Shown here: one piece after another, positions 60,407 to 64,000 of the stretch
How positions within the stretch are numbered: position 1 is the first letter of the stretch
How the letters are laid out: each line of letters begins with the position of its first letter
Assembly: GCA_937127445.1 (NCBI GenBank)
Contig: CAKZLY010000003.1
Coordinates: 5,100 to 69,099 of the forward strand
Origin: an uncultured Ignavibacteria bacterium
Lineage (GTDB): Bacteria > Bacteroidota > Ignavibacteria > Kapaibacteriales > UBA2268
Length of the DNA: 64,000 nucleotides
Direction: 5' to 3'
Made by a program: the position numbers and the translations under genes
The notes under the pieces: generated by a model
Seen by the model: the letters and a program-made list of their open reading frames with translations, nothing else
Told to the model about the DNA's origin: nothing
Database searches by the model: none

Positions 60407-62229
60407 TATTGTTTATTCCTATTAGCAAGAGTAACATTGAAAGACATTTCTTTATTATTTCTAATAACTCGAACTTTGACTGTATCGCCTGCTTTATATT
60501 CGCCGATAATATACATAAAATCGTGCAAATTTTTAACTTGCTTATCGTCAATATAAGTGATAATGTCGTCTTCTTTAAGACCAGCTGCCTGAGCAGGACT
60601 ACCGGGAGAAGTGCCGGAAATTTTAAGTCCAAGTGGAGATTCCTCGAAGTTGGGCACAATCCCGAACCAAGGACCGCCCCCACGCATTGCTGGGCGACTT
60701 GTTGTATCGACTACTTCGGTAAAGACAGGTTTCTGCTGAATAGAAGCAAAATGGCGAACAACACTTTCGGCAAAATCAACAATTCGAGCAGTAGCGACAT
60801 AATCTAATTTTTCCCAAGTATCGGTGGGTTTGTGATAGTCTGCGTGGGCACCGGTGAAGAAGTGCATAACTGGTATTTTCTTCTTGTAGAAAGGTGTATG
60901 GTCGCTCGGACCGAATCCATCTTGAAGTTTGATAATACTTATATTTTCAATAGAAGAAATCGAATCAATTACATTGGACAGAACCGGAGACGAACCCAAG
61001 CCAAAAATCTGGAGTTTATTATCTTTCATTCGCCCAATCATATCAAAATTTATCATAAGGTATGTGTTTTCGTGCGGGAAAAAGTTGTTTTCGACATAGT
61101 GAGTAGAGCCAAGCAAGCCCATTTCCTCGCCAGTGAAAGCCATAAAGACGATTGTTTTATCGGCAGGATTTTTTGTAAAGCGTTCGGCAAGTTCCATAAC
61201 ACCGGCAACTCCGGAAGCGTTATCATCAGCACCGGGATGGATTTTCGGGGTTTTACCCATATAAGCAGAATTACCAAGTTGCCCATACCCAAGGTGGTCG
61301 TAATGAGCGCCAACAACAATATACTCATTTGGATTGAGACGGCCTTGGACATAGCCGATCACATTGCTTGTTGATTTATAATCATCGACTAAATCAACAG
61401 TTAGCGAAATAGTCGTATGTGGGATAATAAAACTATTGGGTTTTTGAGATTTATTAATAGCATTTTCAATAAAATTGAGTTGGACATTTTTGGGCATAAG
61501 TGCAAAAGCAAGAGTTCTTTTGATGTAAGCAACGAGAATACCAGAATTGCGGGACATCATTTGCAAGCTGAGAGGTTTCAAAATGTTGGCAGAATCGCCT
61601 TGTGGATTGACAATGAGAACTCCGGCGGCACCTTTGTTGCGAGCATTGGTTGCTTTGTATCTATCGGAAAGATAATTGACAAATTTTGATTTTTCCGTTG
61701 AGCCATCGGGACTACCAGCGATAATGAGTACAATTTTGCCATTGACGTCAATGTCTTTGTAGTCGTCGTAGCCAAGAGGTTCAGCAGAAATTCCATAGCC
61801 CGCAAAAACGAGTTCTCCTTTGACGGAACCATTTTCGCTAAAGGCGGCGGGCAACCATTCTTCCTCAACGCTAATGTTTTTTGTTGCAGGCTTCCATTTT
61901 TCAACAGGCACTCCCAGACGTTCTACAAGTACAGTGAGAGCAAATTTGTTTTCAGTGCCGAGCTTAATACCAGTTCTAACATCGAATTGCTGGAAATAAT
62001 TTTCGCGAAAAGCTTTAAGTCCAACTTTGTCAAAGTGTTGAGAAATATAATTAGCAGCTTTTTCAATGCCAATTGTTCCTGGGAGACGTCCTTCAAGTTC
62101 TTCGGAGGCAAGAAATTGAACGTGTTTTTTAATATTATTCGAAGTAGATGGGTCTCTCTGAGCGAATGAATTTACAAAAACAAGAATAAGCAGAACTTTT
62201 ATAAGGAATAATTTTTTTAGTAAATTCAT
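60406..62229 (-). CDS. M28-family aminopeptidase with a PA domain and a C-terminal PDZ domain
   Basis: 607 aa with a signal peptide. M28 metal motifs are AHYDHLGYG, DDNASGVAGVMELA and FTGEEMGLLGS. The C-terminal PDZ-like region reads SPAQAAGLKEDDIITYIDDKQV. Its stop overlaps the fmt start by 1 nt. Confidence 0.8.
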   Translation of the reverse strand: MNLLKKLFLIKVLLILVFVNSFAQRDPSTSNNIKKHVQFLASEELEGRLPGTIGIEKAANYISQHFDKVGLKAFRENYFQQFDVRTGIKLGTENKFALTVLVERLGVPVEKWKPATKNISVEEEWLPAAFSENGSVKGELVFAGYGISAEPLGYDDYKDIDVNGKIVLIIAGSPDGSTEKSKFVNYLSDRYKATNARNKGAAGVLIVNPQGDSANILKPLSLQMMSRNSGILVAYIKRTLAFALMPKNVQLNFIENAINKSQKPNSFIIPHTTISLTVDLVDDYKSTSNVIGYVQGRLNPNEYIVVGAHYDHLGYGQLGNSAYMGKTPKIHPGADDNASGVAGVMELAERFTKNPADKTIVFMAFTGEEMGLLGSTHYVENNFFPHENTYLMINFDMIGRMKDNKLQIFGLGSSPVLSNVIDSISSIENISIIKLQDGFGPSDHTPFYKKKIPVMHFFTGAHADYHKPTDTWEKLDYVATARIVDFAESVVRHFASIQQKPVFTEVVDTTSRPAMRGGGPWFGIVPNFEESPLGLKISGTSPGSPAQAAGLKEDDIITYIDDKQVKNLHDFMYIIGEYKAGDTVKVRVIRNNKEMSFNVTLANRNKQ

Positions 62230-62540
62230 AATTTAACCTAATTAATTATTAATTGGAAAATAAAATTAATCAAAATAAACTAAAAAATAAAAAAATATAA
62301 GAGCGCAAATCGAATAATATTTCTCAACATTTGCGAAAAAATGTTTTGAGAAATAAAATAATATTTATATATTTTAACAAACGAAGTAATTATTAATATT
62401 AATTAATTATTTTATGCACTCTAAACTTAATTATAATTTGACAACAACAAGAAAAAACGATTAAATAAAATTAAAAATGAATGAGAAATTGTTAATTTTT
62501 TAAATAATCAAGATTAATGTAAGTATTATGGAGTTTAGTA

Positions 62541-63884
62541 ATGAAAAATTTATTAATAGTATTAATTTTACTCACAGGTGGAATAATAGCAGGATGCTCG
62601 GATGATGACAAGGACAATCCTTCCAACAACACAAAGAATGTTGCTTCGTGCGAAGGTTGCCATACTAATTATGAACATCTGAAAGCTGTGTATACTCCTG
62701 ATACCGAGACTCCGGTTGGCGGTTGCGGAGGAGATGCACCACATTTTGAGCCTTATGATAGGGTGTATATGGGTGGCAATGGGTATCAGAGTTTTAAAAA
62801 TTCAGCACACGGAAAGATGAAGTGCACCGATTGTCACAATGGTGTTGATAATACTGCCAATAAAGCAACGGCCCATTCGGGAAATTTTCTTAAGTCGCCA
62901 TCAGATTCTGCAGTTGCCAAATGTGGGAAGTGCCACTCCACCTATGCAAACAATCAGCACTATAATTTACATCAAGGTTGGGGGCAAAAACGCAAAGTTT
63001 GCCTGCGTTCTGGATTGAGCGGTGCGGATGATTTTGCACTATTACCAGCAAAGCACCAACAAGGATATAACAAAAACTGTGCGATCTGCCATGCAAGCTG
63101 TGGAGATTGCCACGTAAACAGACCACATGCTGGAGGGGGTGGATTGGCGCAGGGACACAACTTCAAAGAACCTGATATGATGAATACTTGCGTTGTATGT
63201 CACTCATCACGTGGAGGCCACGCATTCTTAGGTGTTGGGAGCGGCACTCAACCTGATGTCCATCTGACAAAAGCAGGATTTAACTGTTTGAGCTGCCATA
63301 AGAAAGATGAATTGCATGGGAATGGCCAGAAAGTAACCCAGCGCTATGCATACGAAAAGCTTCCGAAATGCGAGGATTGCCATAAAAATATAGCAAGCTC
63401 GAACACCTACCATTCGGTTCACGCAGATGATTTCAATTGCCACGTATGCCATTCACAAAACTACAACACTTGTGGTAGTTGCCATATTGGAGGCGCTGGC
63501 GCACGTATAACATCGCATTTAGAATTCAAAATTGCATTAAATCCAATACCCGACATAAAGAAAAACTACAAATTTACACTTGTTCGTCGAACACTTGCAG
63601 CACCAGACAATTGGAGCTTGTATGAGGTTCCACAATATGCAAATTTCGAAGCAGCACCTACATTTAATTACACAAGTCCTCACAACATATTGAAGCGCAC
63701 TGCAAGGACGAATGTTGCTCAGGGCGAAGCTTGCTATGCTAACTGCCATATTTACAAAGATGGAGATGTGTGGAAGAACAAAAACTTATATTTGTTTGAT
63801 TCAGATTTGTATGATTGGGAAAAACAAGCAAGCAAAAATATTGTAGTCGATGGGAAATTACCTAACTCTTGGGGTGTTAAATAA
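62541..63884 (+). CDS. multihaem c-type cytochrome lipoprotein (10 CxxCH motifs plus one CxxxCH)
   Basis: 447 aa with the lipobox IIAGCS. The CxxCH motifs, in order, are CEGCH, CTDCH, CGKCH, CAICH, CGDCH, CVVCH, CLSCH, CEDCH, CHVCH and CGSCH. A C-terminal CYANCH follows. Confidence 0.85.
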   Translation: MKNLLIVLILLTGGIIAGCSDDDKDNPSNNTKNVASCEGCHTNYEHLKAVYTPDTETPVGGCGGDAPHFEPYDRVYMGGNGYQSFKNSAHGKMKCTDCHNGVDNTANKATAHSGNFLKSPSDSAVAKCGKCHSTYANNQHYNLHQGWGQKRKVCLRSGLSGADDFALLPAKHQQGYNKNCAICHASCGDCHVNRPHAGGGGLAQGHNFKEPDMMNTCVVCHSSRGGHAFLGVGSGTQPDVHLTKAGFNCLSCHKKDELHGNGQKVTQRYAYEKLPKCEDCHKNIASSNTYHSVHADDFNCHVCHSQNYNTCGSCHIGGAGARITSHLEFKIALNPIPDIKKNYKFTLVRRTLAAPDNWSLYEVPQYANFEAAPTFNYTSPHNILKRTARTNVAQGEACYANCHIYKDGDVWKNKNLYLFDSDLYDWEKQASKNIVVDGKLPNSWGVK

Positions 63885-63933
63885 ATAACATTAAAAATTT
63901 AACTATTTGTTTCACTATTATGGAGAAATATTT

Positions 63934-64000
63934 ATGAAAGATTACTTAAAAAAACTCAATTCATTAATAGCAGTACTATTAATTGTATTGTCGCTTACAT
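63934..64000 (+). CDS. start of a membrane or secreted protein; runs off the window
   Basis: An ATG at 63934 with GGAG 9 nt upstream encodes MKDYLKKLNSLIAVLLIVLSLT. It lies 49 nt after the cytochrome stop, so it is probably co-transcribed. Confidence 0.4.
   Translation, partial: MKDYLKKLNSLIAVLLIVLSLT

Noticed and set aside
60394-61374. Two plus-strand ORFs (137 and 180 aa) antisense to the M28 peptidase gene
   Set aside because: Both sit wholly inside the well-supported minus-strand peptidase ORF and show no recognisable domains. They are treated as shadow ORFs.
62230-62540. AT-rich 311-bp region with recurring attaatta/aataatattt strings, considered as a repeat array or ncRNA gene
   Set aside because: The recurrences are short, irregularly spaced low-complexity A/T words. 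There is no regular repeat-spacer architecture and no GC-rich structured core.
1-64000. Scan for mobile elements, prophage, CRISPR-Cas, toxin-antitoxin or defence islands, and for tRNA/rRNA genes
   Set aside because: No integrase, transposase, recombinase or Cas-like translations appear in the ORF track. There are no repeat-spacer arrays and no GC-rich tRNA-like cloverleaf segments in the intergenic regions. Composition appears uniform, so the window looks like core chromosome.

Overview
This is an AT-rich bacterial chromosomal window (roughly mid-30s % GC by eye) holding about 60 tightly packed protein-coding genes on both strands. Many gene junctions overlap by 1-8 nt or are separated by under 20 nt.

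Most of the content is core housekeeping:
- purF (5' part)
- a RelA/SpoT enzyme with a guanine-deaminase-like gene and yjbQ
- a pepT-OPT peptide-uptake pair
- mreBCD
- glyA
- the conserved ribF-truB-rbfA-infB-nusA block
- murF, yebC-ruvC, gatB, cutA, ribE, ftsH
- an NfnAB/SudAB-like oxidoreductase pair
- an M28 peptidase-fmt-coaBC string

An unusually large share of genes is cell-envelope related:
- an Omp85-family barrel
- OstA/LptA-like and LptD-like proteins
- an RlpA-type protein
- two PD40-repeat proteins, one with an OmpA domain
- several lipoproteins and beta-barrels
- a LysM/coiled-coil lipoprotein pair

The window also carries tandem Hsp20 genes, an alkaline phosphatase, and a c-type cytochrome lipoprotein with about ten haem motifs at the 3' end.

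The gene content and style suggest a Gram-negative of the FCB group (Ignavibacteriota/Bacteroidota-like). That is inference only.

I found no rRNA, tRNA, CRISPR array, transposase, integrase, prophage or recognisable defence genes.

I cannot support a claim that a clear novel multi-gene system is present. The items most worth a second look are:
1. The multihaem cytochrome locus that runs off the window end.
2. A sigma-54-like promoter with repeated GACAA sites upstream of the tandem hsp20 genes.
3. A perfect 13-bp hairpin that sequesters the ribE ribosome-binding site.
4. A translationally coupled OstA-like/epimerase/symporter/CDP-alcohol-phosphatidyltransferase operon.
5. A paired coiled-coil lipoprotein module, one member carrying LysM.
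6. An 8-mer (AGACAGCC) shared by three separate terminator hairpins.

All functional calls come from reading the supplied translations and recognising motifs. No database search was run.
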